From positions 1-57,619 of the forward strand of contig JAFUFH010000091.1 of the NCBI GenBank assembly GCA_017470005.1: 57,619 bases of DNA, written 5' to 3'. Positions 20,069 to 28,036 of the stretch are shown here, in pieces (position 1 is the first letter of the stretch; every line of letters begins with the position of its first letter). Position numbers and translations under genes: made by a program. The DNA comes from Bacilli bacterium. Its GTDB lineage: Bacteria; Bacillota_I; Bacilli_A; RFN20; CAG-288. The notes beneath the pieces are model-generated. The model had not been told where the DNA came from. It was given only the letters and a program-made list of their open reading frames with translations, and made no database searches.

Positions 20069-22279
20069 ATGAAGATCAACAATCAGATATATACTTTCAA
20101 CGATGTTAAGGATGTCTATTCGTCATACATTCATGATGAAGAAGATTTAAAGCGCATTGAGAAGGCGTATCTTTTTGCTGAGAAAAAACATGAAGGCCAA
20201 TTCCGTAAAAGCGGGGATCCTTATATCTCCCACTGTATCGGTGTGGCTTATATTTTAGCGGGCTTACAAGTCGGCCCTAAGACAATTATGACCGGTTTCC
20301 TTCACGATACGATTGAAGATACCGATACCACTAGAGAAGAGATCGAAAAAGAATTTGGATCCGAAGTTGCCACATTAGTGGAAGCTTTGACCAAAGTCAC
20401 TCGACTCTCCGATTATAAGAATGTCGAATTCACTGCCGAAAACCACAGAAAGATTTTTGTGGCGATGGCAAAAGACGTGCGTGCCATCATCGTCAAATTG
20501 GCTGACCGTCTTCACAATATGAGAACTCTTCAGTTCCAACCGAGAGAAAAACAGATAAGAATCTCTAGAGAGACTCTCGATGTTTATGAACCTATCGCGC
20601 ACCGCTTAGGTTTATATAAGATTCAAACCGAATTAGAAGAATTATCTCTTTGGTATTTAGAACCAGAAAAGTTTACCGAAATCGAAAATAAGATTGCGGA
20701 AGTAGAAAAAGATGCCAAAGCATCTTTAAGTGAATTAAGACAACAGCTCATCTCTATTTTGAATCGTTCTCACATTCCTTTCTCTATCTCTGCTCGTGTC
20801 AAAAGCGTCTATTCCATCTACAAAAAGATGTATACCAAGAATTACGCTTTTGATCAGATCTATGATTTGATGGCCCTTCGTATCATCACCGAAACGGAAC
20901 AGAACTGTTATGAAATCTTAGGCTATGTCCACGCAAACTACAAACCAGTTCCTGGACGTTTTAAAGATTATATCGCTATGCCTAAGCCCAATATGTATCA
21001 ATCCCTTCACACCACCATTGTCTCTAACAAAGGTCACGTCTTTGAAATTCAAATTCGTACCCAGGCGATGGATGAGACCGCAGAAGGTGGTGTCGCTGCT
21101 CACTGGCGTTATAAAGAAGGCACCAAATACGATCCTAAAGTCGAGCAAGTAGAAATTGAGAATCAATTGCACTGGTTCAAAGACTTTGTCTCCATGACAG
21201 AAGAAGGTGGAGATGGCAATGCTCGCGATTACATGGACTCTTTGTCTCATGACATCTTTGATGCCAATGTCTATGTTTTCACTCCCAAAGGAAACGTCAT
21301 CTGTCTTCCTAACGGCGCGACTCCTATCGATTTTGCTTATCGTATTCACTCCGATTTAGGCGAACACTTACAAGGAGCGAGAGTCAACGGTATCTTAGTT
21401 CCTATCTCGACTTCTTTAAAGACTGGCGATGTGGTGGAAGTCATCACCAATAAGAACTCTAACCCGAACTCTGAATGGCTCAATATCGCTAAGACCAACT
21501 TTGCAAAATCTAAGATTCGTAAATACTTGATTCACCAGAATGCGGATTATGTCAGAGAAGATAACATCAAAAAGGGTAGACAAACCTTGTTAGATTCCTT
21601 CCGTGAAAGAAAGATCAACATCGATTTGAGCAAAGTCTTAACTCGTCAACTCTTTGATAAACTCAATGTCAAAGATGCCGATGACCTCTTCTTGATGATC
21701 AACGGAAAGACCATTCTTCCTTATCAAGTGATTGAAGCTTCGGATCAAATCGTTTATGGCGGTAAGATGTCTGATGAAGAGATTCAATCTCAAATCAATA
21801 ACCGCGTCTACAAGAGAAAGAATACTTCCGATGCCGTCATCCTTGCTAATGGTGACACCGTCTTAACCTCTTTGGCCGCTTGTTGTACTCCTGTTCCTGG
21901 CGATGATATCATCGGCTTTGTCTCCACCGGACAAGGCGTGAAAGTTCACCGTGTGGATTGCCCCAATGTCAACCGTGAAGGCGTTCAAGACCGTTTGATT
22001 CAAGTTATGTGGAACCCCAATGTCACAAAGCTTGGAGAATACCCTGTTGACTTGGCGGTGGAAGGTCACGATCGCCCTGGATTACTTGTCGATATCATGA
22101 ATACACTTTCTGCTAATGATGCAAAAGTGAATAAGATTCAAGCCAAATATAACCCCTCTTTGAACACATCTACTATCTCTATGACCATCCTAGTTTCAGA
22201 GAAAGAACAGCTCTCTCACTTCCTCCATGCTCTCACCAATGTTAAAGGCGTTTTTGCCATCAAGAGAGTCCATCATTAA
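20069..22279 (+). CDS. rel: Bifunctional (p)ppGpp synthetase/hydrolase
   Basis: HD domain (LHDTIEDT), synthetase RFKDYIAMPK and YQSLHT, TGS, CC and ACT domains. Confidence 0.96.
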   Translation: MKINNQIYTFNDVKDVYSSYIHDEEDLKRIEKAYLFAEKKHEGQFRKSGDPYISHCIGVAYILAGLQVGPKTIMTGFLHDTIEDTDTTREEIEKEFGSEVATLVEALTKVTRLSDYKNVEFTAENHRKIFVAMAKDVRAIIVKLADRLHNMRTLQFQPREKQIRISRETLDVYEPIAHRLGLYKIQTELEELSLWYLEPEKFTEIENKIAEVEKDAKASLSELRQQLISILNRSHIPFSISARVKSVYSIYKKMYTKNYAFDQIYDLMALRIITETEQNCYEILGYVHANYKPVPGRFKDYIAMPKPNMYQSLHTTIVSNKGHVFEIQIRTQAMDETAEGGVAAHWRYKEGTKYDPKVEQVEIENQLHWFKDFVSMTEEGGDGNARDYMDSLSHDIFDANVYVFTPKGNVICLPNGATPIDFAYRIHSDLGEHLQGARVNGILVPISTSLKTGDVVEVITNKNSNPNSEWLNIAKTNFAKSKIRKYLIHQNADYVREDNIKKGRQTLLDSFRERKINIDLSKVLTRQLFDKLNVKDADDLFLMINGKTILPYQVIEASDQIVYGGKMSDEEIQSQINNRVYKRKNTSDAVILANGDTVLTSLAACCTPVPGDDIIGFVSTGQGVKVHRVDCPNVNREGVQDRLIQVMWNPNVTKLGEYPVDLAVEGHDRPGLLVDIMNTLSANDAKVNKIQAKYNPSLNTSTISMTILVSEKEQLSHFLHALTNVKGVFAIKRVHH

Positions 22280-22360
22280 AACACCTGGTGAGAAATGTAC
22301 TGGCTCATTTTGTGCCATCTCCACTTTCGACAAGTTGAACAGCGGAAAACCCGCATGACA

Positions 22361-22810
22361 TTAATTTGCATTATCAAAACAATCGTCGAGCTGCCTAATA
22401 AAACTCAAATTGGCACATACATCGCGAATGCATTTACATATTTTCGGAGTTGGTTCAAATCTAAATTCCAATCCATCAATTGTTGTGATTATTATGCGGA
22501 CATGAAGATAACCATAAAAAGATTTACATTTTCTTGTTAGTTTTACGGTTTTAACATCGTTCCAACAAATTGTTTGCTTTTTTGCTGATATGCCTTCTTT
22601 CCCGATGAACATTGGAACATTCCACAATCGAATAAAGGAAAGAATGAATAGCGATAAATCAGCAGCCCAAACAATCCCGAGCAAAAGAAGAATCACAATT
22701 AGTACATCTCCTTTTAAAAGCTTAAATGTCGGAATCGCCAAGAGCGGGATGAACATAATCGTCAACGATTGAAAGACACATAGAGTTGGTCTCGGAATAA
22801 ATCGCTTCAT
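22361..22810 (-). CDS. Small two-TM membrane protein, candidate immunity protein
   Basis: GGAGG RBS then ATG 22810 (MKRFIPRP...), ATGA overlap with the stop of an upstream start-less frame; two hydrophobic helices then a soluble domain. Confidence 0.65.
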   Translation of the reverse strand: MKRFIPRPTLCVFQSLTIMFIPLLAIPTFKLLKGDVLIVILLLLGIVWAADLSLFILSFIRLWNVPMFIGKEGISAKKQTICWNDVKTVKLTRKCKSFYGYLHVRIIITTIDGLEFRFEPTPKICKCIRDVCANLSFIRQLDDCFDNAN

Positions 22811-22977
22811 TTTTGCCTCCCCCTCCAATACACATTGATAATGCTATTGCTAATGCCAAGCAGGGCGTAGTCGTAGGATAAGGCGAATTGCGCGGCCTTA
22901 TTAAATTGAATATCGCCCCAAGGAACCGCATTTTCAAGCCAAGAAAGTCCAAACGCAATTCCAGCCGATGCACCCGC
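22807..22977 (-). pseudogene. Start-less toxin C-terminal tip remnant A
   Basis: 56 open codons AGASAGIAFGLSWLEN...YWRGRQK* with no start codon; stop overlaps the next ATG. Confidence 0.5.
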
Positions 22978-23092
22978 TTATGTTGGTCTTTAAATTGAAC
23001 TATAGCACAACATTGGGGTAAATGCAATGCTCCTATCTTTAATCTAAGCACTTATCAAACATGGATTTCTCTGTCAAAGAGAGATAATCGTT
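22978..23092 (-). repeat. 115-bp direct repeat copy 1 containing a sigmaA-type promoter
   Basis: 100/115 identical, gapless, to 26532-26646; minus strand TTGCAT (23027-23022), 17-nt spacer, TGc-TATAGT (23004-22999). Confidence 0.9.
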
Positions 23093-23789
23093 ATGCGGAA
23101 ATGATTTCATCCTCATCGGGTTGGACAGGAAAATCGTTGGTGCTATATATACTAAACCATCCGATAGGAGCAACATAATCCTTTATGTCAGAGTCCTTCA
23201 ATATTTTCTTTGGCGCAAAATTCGTGTTGAAGAACACATTTCCCAAGGAACCCACATCGCACATCTTTATATATCGGATGGTGAAGGAAGAATCGTCCAG
23301 CAATGCATATTCAAACTCACCGGAATTGTTGTATTGAGATACATAAGAGAACAAAGGAAAGAGATCATGAGATCTCAGCGGCTTTTTTCCCCATGTTCCT
23401 TCTGTGTTCTTTATCCGATTGGCTTCCATATGATAGGTCGTTTCGTCCATACTCCATTCCAAATATGCCTGCCCACGCTTGTACATATAATCAGCAAACA
23501 AAGGATCTACAAAATATGCCATTGACGCACTTCCGCTGGTTAAGGCATCAGGAAAAATTGCACACCCTCGCAAATCCGAAACAATAGTTTGCTTATCATA
23601 ATCCTCTGGCTGAATTGGGTTTATTTCCCCTTTCATTGGGGTTTTCTTATATCCACTTAAATCCGAATTATGGAGCTCAAGTCTAATAGAGTTCCCCCAA
23701 AACGAAACCATTACCACTGTGAAAAACAAGGTAAAGTGGGCAACAACTGCTCCCAGGACAATCAAGACGATTTTCTTCCATTTCTTCAT
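23091..23789 (-). CDS. N-terminally anchored extracytoplasmic protein, candidate immunity protein
   Basis: MKKWKKIVLIVLG... signal anchor at ATG 23789, which overlaps (ATGA) the stop of tip remnant B. Confidence 0.65.
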   Translation of the reverse strand: MKKWKKIVLIVLGAVVAHFTLFFTVVMVSFWGNSIRLELHNSDLSGYKKTPMKGEINPIQPEDYDKQTIVSDLRGCAIFPDALTSGSASMAYFVDPLFADYMYKRGQAYLEWSMDETTYHMEANRIKNTEGTWGKKPLRSHDLFPLFSYVSQYNNSGEFEYALLDDSSFTIRYIKMCDVGSLGNVFFNTNFAPKKILKDSDIKDYVAPIGWFSIYSTNDFPVQPDEDEIISA

Positions 23790-23950
23790 ATTAGACTTTC
23801 CCACATGTTTTTCAGCCAGTTCTTTGAAAGTTCCATATCCGCATCTTTTGCGTGTTCGAACTTTTCCCAACACCAGGGTGATATTTTATTATACGCCCTC
23901 AAGGTTTCATCCTCCGCTGTAATTGTTCCACCAAGAGCAAAGACATAGAT
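23786..23950 (-). pseudogene. Start-less toxin tip remnant B
   Basis: 54 open codons IYVFALGG...EHAKDADMELSKNWLKNMWESLI*. Confidence 0.5.
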
Positions 23951-23951
23951 C

Positions 23952-24437
23952 CTATCGTTTTATTTCTTCAAATGGTGGAACAAATCCATTGTAGAACAAT
24001 TTGATGAAACTTTCACCTTTTTCGTTATAAGGGACAAAAACTGCGGAGTTTTTTCTAATTCGATCTTCAGTACTGCTTTTTCCATCAAGCAGCACATAAA
24101 AAGTCCCATCTCGATACAAGGATACAATCTTGATTTCCTGAATAGAACTAATTGAAATTTCTTTCTTGAAGCCGAAAAAGATGCCACGTCGTTTAACCAT
24201 CGTGTCATCGAAACTAACGATATTGCATGATCTGTTGATGAAGATAATAATAAACACAAGAAGTAAAAGGCTTGAAAAATGTAACAGAATCCAAATTACC
24301 ATCGACAAAACAACTATTGGTTTTCAAGAAAAAGAATAAGCAACCAATACATTAAAACCTATCATAAGAGCAATGCCAATGAAGAAGATGAAAAGCCCAT
24401 CAAGGCCAACATAAATGCATTTCTTTCTGTTTTTCAT
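23952..24437 (-). pseudogene. Two-TM membrane protein interrupted by one in-frame TGA (24326-24324)
   Basis: ATG 24437 MKNRKK...AYSFS*KPIVVLSMVIW... continues in frame into the 118-aa ORF of the track. Confidence 0.65.
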
Positions 24438-24473
24438 GTTTTGTATTTTTCCTTCAAAAATCATCTAATAATG

Positions 24474-24557
24474 TCAACAACAATCGTTAATCCAGAAGGC
24501 ATAACGTTTTAAAACCAACAAAAGGAATCGTTTAATTTGTTTATCAGTCTTTCTCAT
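24474..24557 (-). pseudogene. Truncated 27-codon partner gene behind tip remnant C
   Basis: GGAGGTGG RBS and TGATG overlap; MRKTDKQIKRFLLLVLKRYAFWINDCC*. Confidence 0.4.
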
Positions 24558-24900
24558 CAAAACCACCTCCAGTGATTCATCAGCCAAAATTTCCAATCGT
24601 GTTCTTCATCATCTGAATCAAAGTAAATGTCAGCATTTCTAGCTGATTCATAAGACAGAAGGCTATAAGCAATTAGATGCCAAACCCATTCACTCATAAC
24701 TCTTTCTATATCGATTGGATATCCTTTTTTTTCAATTTTGAAAGAAATTTTCTCATCTGTTTAGAAGAATATTTCCATGTATCAATTTTTTAAATTTGTC
24801 CTTTAACGGAAGCTGATTTATCACTCAACTAATAATCAATGCGTTTACCATCTGACAAGTCTACATAATTATAAACATTTTCTGAATAATCAGATAAATC
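24557..24900 (-). pseudogene. Degraded toxin tip remnant C
   Basis: Reads ...KIDTWKYSSKQMRKFLSKLKK/GYPIDIERVMSEWVWHLIAYSLLSYESARNADIY...WRWF* across two in-frame stops and an A8 frameshift. Confidence 0.5.
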
Positions 24901-24987
24901 AGTAGGAGACTTAAGAAAATAGATACAATATGACCTATATTTTATCCCGCTGAAAAATCAATAAATATCAGCAGTCTCAAGAACACA

Positions 24988-25389
24988 TTAAAATTTAAAT
25001 AGAAAAATTTTATTATCTTCTGCCTTAATCATGGCGCGACCTTGCGTGGATAAGATGATGATTGGTCCATAGGAGTCTAACATCATCTTTCTTGCTTCCG
25101 TTGGTGCAATCGTGATTCCTTTTTGATAATAATCAAAAACTTGGAGAGTTCCATTCATATATTCAGTTGGTATGTGCTCACTATCCGTAATGGAAACCAA
25201 TGCTTTTGTTTTGCAAAGTGATTCAGTATCATGAGCAAACCTGGAAATAGCAATAGCATATTTCTTAGGATTCGAAAACTCAAAAGCAACTCTTTGTCGC
25301 CTTTCCTCAATGACACAGGCTTGTACGAATGTTTGCAATAGATTTCTTTTATCACTTTTATAGTCCGTCATTTTCTTCATCCTTTCCAT
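24988..25389 (-). CDS. Small soluble hypothetical protein, candidate immunity protein
   Basis: 133-aa ORF directly behind the RHS-core remnant; exact start among three close Met codons is uncertain. Confidence 0.6.
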   Translation of the reverse strand: MERMKKMTDYKSDKRNLLQTFVQACVIEERRQRVAFEFSNPKKYAIAISRFAHDTESLCKTKALVSITDSEHIPTEYMNGTLQVFDYYQKGITIAPTEARKMMLDSYGPIIILSTQGRAMIKAEDNKIFLFKF

Positions 25390-25429
25390 CTAAAACTGCC
25401 AGTAAGCAAAAATAATAATGCCAGTGTTT

Positions 25430-25621
25430 AAATCTAGGATCATAATATCTGCTTAAAAGATAATAGAGGGAACTTTCCTTTTCATAATAGTACCCCTATA
25501 TAAGAACGGATTGATTTGTCTGATGTATTCTTTAGTGGAATCAAGAAGTGTGGATGAAACTTCTCCATATGGTGAGTGTGCATATTTCACAATTGTTTTC
25601 CCTGCTTCTTCCCTGATTATT
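25430..25621 (-). pseudogene. RHS repeat-associated core remnant with a frameshift
   Basis: IVKYAHSPYGEV...INPFLYRG, then after a one-base shift YYYEKESSLYYLLSRYYDP, matching the RHS core pattern NPFRYRGYYYD.E.GLYYL.SRYY.P. Confidence 0.8.
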
Positions 25622-26476
25622 CTATATATTGAAATATTCAGCAAAACTTTGCTGATGAATATCCATCGCATAAGAATCAGGCGAAAAGTTTACAGTGAAC
25701 TGAATTCCACCTATTGTACCAAAATCGTCGATGGAAAATAATAGGGCGGCCGATTGTCCTCCACTCCAAGGATCGTAATCTTTTTCGAACATGCAGTATA
25801 TAGATCCGTCAACGGCTCTTCGGCACTTGGAAGAGTAAAATCCCCATTTATTCATCAAGGCCAGGAGCTCTGCATCAATATTTTCTTTTGGAAACTCGAT
25901 GATATTCTCGTTAGGAAGACAGATATCATAATCCTGTTCTCCTTCTTTTATATTCCCAAATGAATCATAGAAAGAATTCAGTGTAGTCAAATCGTAAATT
26001 TCTTCCACTTCACCGGTCAAAAAATCTATTTGAAAATTTTGAACATTATCACCATAACGTCTCAGTAGAAACTTGGTCCCCTGAAGTCCCCTGAATCCAA
26101 AATCTCCTTTGGAGGAAAAGAGTGTTCTCTGTTTAATAAAATCCCAATTTGTTGTATAAATTTCTATTCCACGAGATACATCATAAAAAAGAAATTCATC
26201 TTTAGAGACCGCAATAGTGCACATGCTATCATGATTATAAACAAATCTACCATCTGGGAATTGGTAAGTGCCTGTGTAATGATCATAAATAACGGAAAAT
26301 CCATCATCTGACCACTTTTTAAAATCTTCCATTAAAGCCGTTTTCTCTTCCTTGACATGCACTTTAGCTAAAGACATCATGACAAACATATAAACAAAGA
26401 ACGAAATCAAAAGACCAATAGGAATAAAAGTAAAAAAGGGCCACTTCTTTATCCTACGCTTATTCTTTGAAGTCAT
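25622..26476 (-). CDS. N-terminally anchored extracytoplasmic protein, candidate immunity protein
   Basis: GGAGG RBS, basic N-terminus plus one TM helix, 284 aa; directly downstream of repeat copy 2 promoter. Confidence 0.7.
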   Translation of the reverse strand: MTSKNKRRIKKWPFFTFIPIGLLISFFVYMFVMMSLAKVHVKEEKTALMEDFKKWSDDGFSVIYDHYTGTYQFPDGRFVYNHDSMCTIAVSKDEFLFYDVSRGIEIYTTNWDFIKQRTLFSSKGDFGFRGLQGTKFLLRRYGDNVQNFQIDFLTGEVEEIYDLTTLNSFYDSFGNIKEGEQDYDICLPNENIIEFPKENIDAELLALMNKWGFYSSKCRRAVDGSIYCMFEKDYDPWSGGQSAALLFSIDDFGTIGGIQFTVNFSPDSYAMDIHQQSFAEYFNI

Positions 26477-26531
26477 TTCCCCAACCTCCGATCATTAATT
26501 CATAAATCCACCAAAGGATGTACTGAACCTT

Positions 26532-26646
26532 TTATGTTGGACTTTAAGTAGAACTATAGCACAACATTGGGGTATATGCAACGCTCCTGTCTTCAACAGG
26601 AGCACCTATCAGACATGGATTTCTCTGTCAAAGAGAGATGATTGTT
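26532..26646 (-). repeat. 115-bp direct repeat copy 2 containing a sigmaA-type promoter and a perfect hairpin
   Basis: Minus strand TTGCAT (26581-26576), 17 nt, TATAGT (26558-26553); GCTCCTGT-CTTCA-ACAGGAGC inverted repeat intact in this copy. Confidence 0.9.
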
Positions 26647-26765
26647 CTGCTATAAGTTATTCGCATTTAATATGAAAGTTTATATTTTTTTACAATCTTT
26701 AATAAATTAAAGATTTTGAAAACGAAATGATATATAATTATGTGTCAATTAAAAGGAGGAGACGT

Positions 26766-28025
26766 ATGGCTCAACAATTCAAAAGACCACGCGGTACCAA
26801 CGATTATTTTGGAGAAGATGAAGCGATTCTTCAAAATATGAGAGATATCTTGAATCAAGAAACCGCGCTTTATGGCACACAATTCATCGAATTACCCATG
26901 TTTGAGGAGAATGCTCTCTTCCATCGCACGGTTGGGGAATCTAGTGATATTGTCACCAAAGAGACATTTGATTTAGAAAGAAGAGGAGATAAAGATTACA
27001 CCCTTCGTCCTGAATTCACCGCTTCTGTCTCTCGTGCTGTCATCGAAGGAAAATGGTATACCACTCCCGATATGCCTCTTCGTATCTCTTATTGTGGACC
27101 TGTGTTCCGTTATGAGAGACCACAGACGGGTAGACTTCGTCAGTTCAATCAATTCGGTGTGGAATTCATCGACACCAAGATTGATTTGAATTCTACTTTA
27201 GATGCTTTCCTTCTCTCTTTGAGAGGGGCGGAAAAAGTCTTGGGTTGCAAAGTCAAAGCCAAGATCAATTTCTTAGGATCTTTCGAATCGAGAGAAAATT
27301 ATAAGAAAGAATTACAAGGTTTCTTTGCTCCCATGATTTCTGAAATGTGCGAGGATTGCCAAAGAAGATATCAAATCAACCCTTTGAGAATCTTAGACTG
27401 CAAAGTTCAAGAGGACCAAGAGAGATGCAAAGGCGCTCCTAGAGTCAGAGATTATTTGAGCCAAGAAGACCAAGAAGAATTTGCCAATATTTGCAAAGCT
27501 TTGGATCAGATTGGAATCGAATATGTCATCGATGATGATCTTGTCCGTGGATTAGATTATTACACGGGTCTTGTCTGGGAACTCTATGAAGCGGACCACG
27601 AAAAGATCGGCGCTATCGGTGGCGGTGGAAAATATTCCTCTCTCATGAAGAATATCGGTGGCCCAGAAATGGAAGGTATCGGTTTCTCTTTGGGATTGGA
27701 AAGACTTCTCTTTGCCATGTCGGATGAGAGAAAGAAAGAATTGGCTTCCACTACTTCTATCGATGTCTTCATCATCGACTTCAAAAGAGATGGTACCAGC
27801 ATGGAAATTGCGGATAAGTTGAGAAAAGAAGGATATTCTGTTCTCTTCTCTTCCTTCTCTAGAGCTCTTGGTGGAGCCTTAAAGATGGCGGATAGAAAAA
27901 GAGCCAAGAGAGTCATCATCGCCGAAAGTGATGGCACCTATAAGCTCAAAGATATGTTTAGTCGTCAACAAGAAGAATTCGAGAATAAAGAAAGCTTACT
28001 CTTGTGTCTATTAAGTAAGGAGTGA
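26766..28025 (+). CDS. hisS: Histidyl-tRNA synthetase
   Basis: PRGTND, LRPEFTAS, FRYERPQTGR.RQFNQFG, LVRGLDYYTG, GGGKY; AGGAGG RBS favours ATG 26766. Confidence 0.95.
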   Translation: MAQQFKRPRGTNDYFGEDEAILQNMRDILNQETALYGTQFIELPMFEENALFHRTVGESSDIVTKETFDLERRGDKDYTLRPEFTASVSRAVIEGKWYTTPDMPLRISYCGPVFRYERPQTGRLRQFNQFGVEFIDTKIDLNSTLDAFLLSLRGAEKVLGCKVKAKINFLGSFESRENYKKELQGFFAPMISEMCEDCQRRYQINPLRILDCKVQEDQERCKGAPRVRDYLSQEDQEEFANICKALDQIGIEYVIDDDLVRGLDYYTGLVWELYEADHEKIGAIGGGGKYSSLMKNIGGPEMEGIGFSLGLERLLFAMSDERKKELASTTSIDVFIIDFKRDGTSMEIADKLRKEGYSVLFSSFSRALGGALKMADRKRAKRVIIAESDGTYKLKDMFSRQQEEFENKESLLLCLLSKE

Positions 28026-28036
28026 AATAGTACAAT

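Larger units (their letters stand above)
22280..26700 (-). other. Accessory island of RHS toxin remnants and small partner genes
   Basis: Sits between rel and hisS; all genes face opposite to the flanking operons; RHS-core remnant, start-less tip fragments and a duplicated 115-bp module. Confidence 0.75.

Noticed and set aside
22722-23051. 109-aa minus-strand ORF across repeat copy 1
   Set aside because: It runs through the promoter module, a tip remnant in another frame and the next gene, has no RBS, and the equivalent frame in copy 2 stops early.
23005-23096. Integron attC interpretation of the repeat module (GCATAAC containing the stop codon ... GTTGTGC, 92 nt)
   Set aside because: The internal L boxes do not pair, homology between copies runs 27 nt past the putative crossover, and no integron integrase is in the window.
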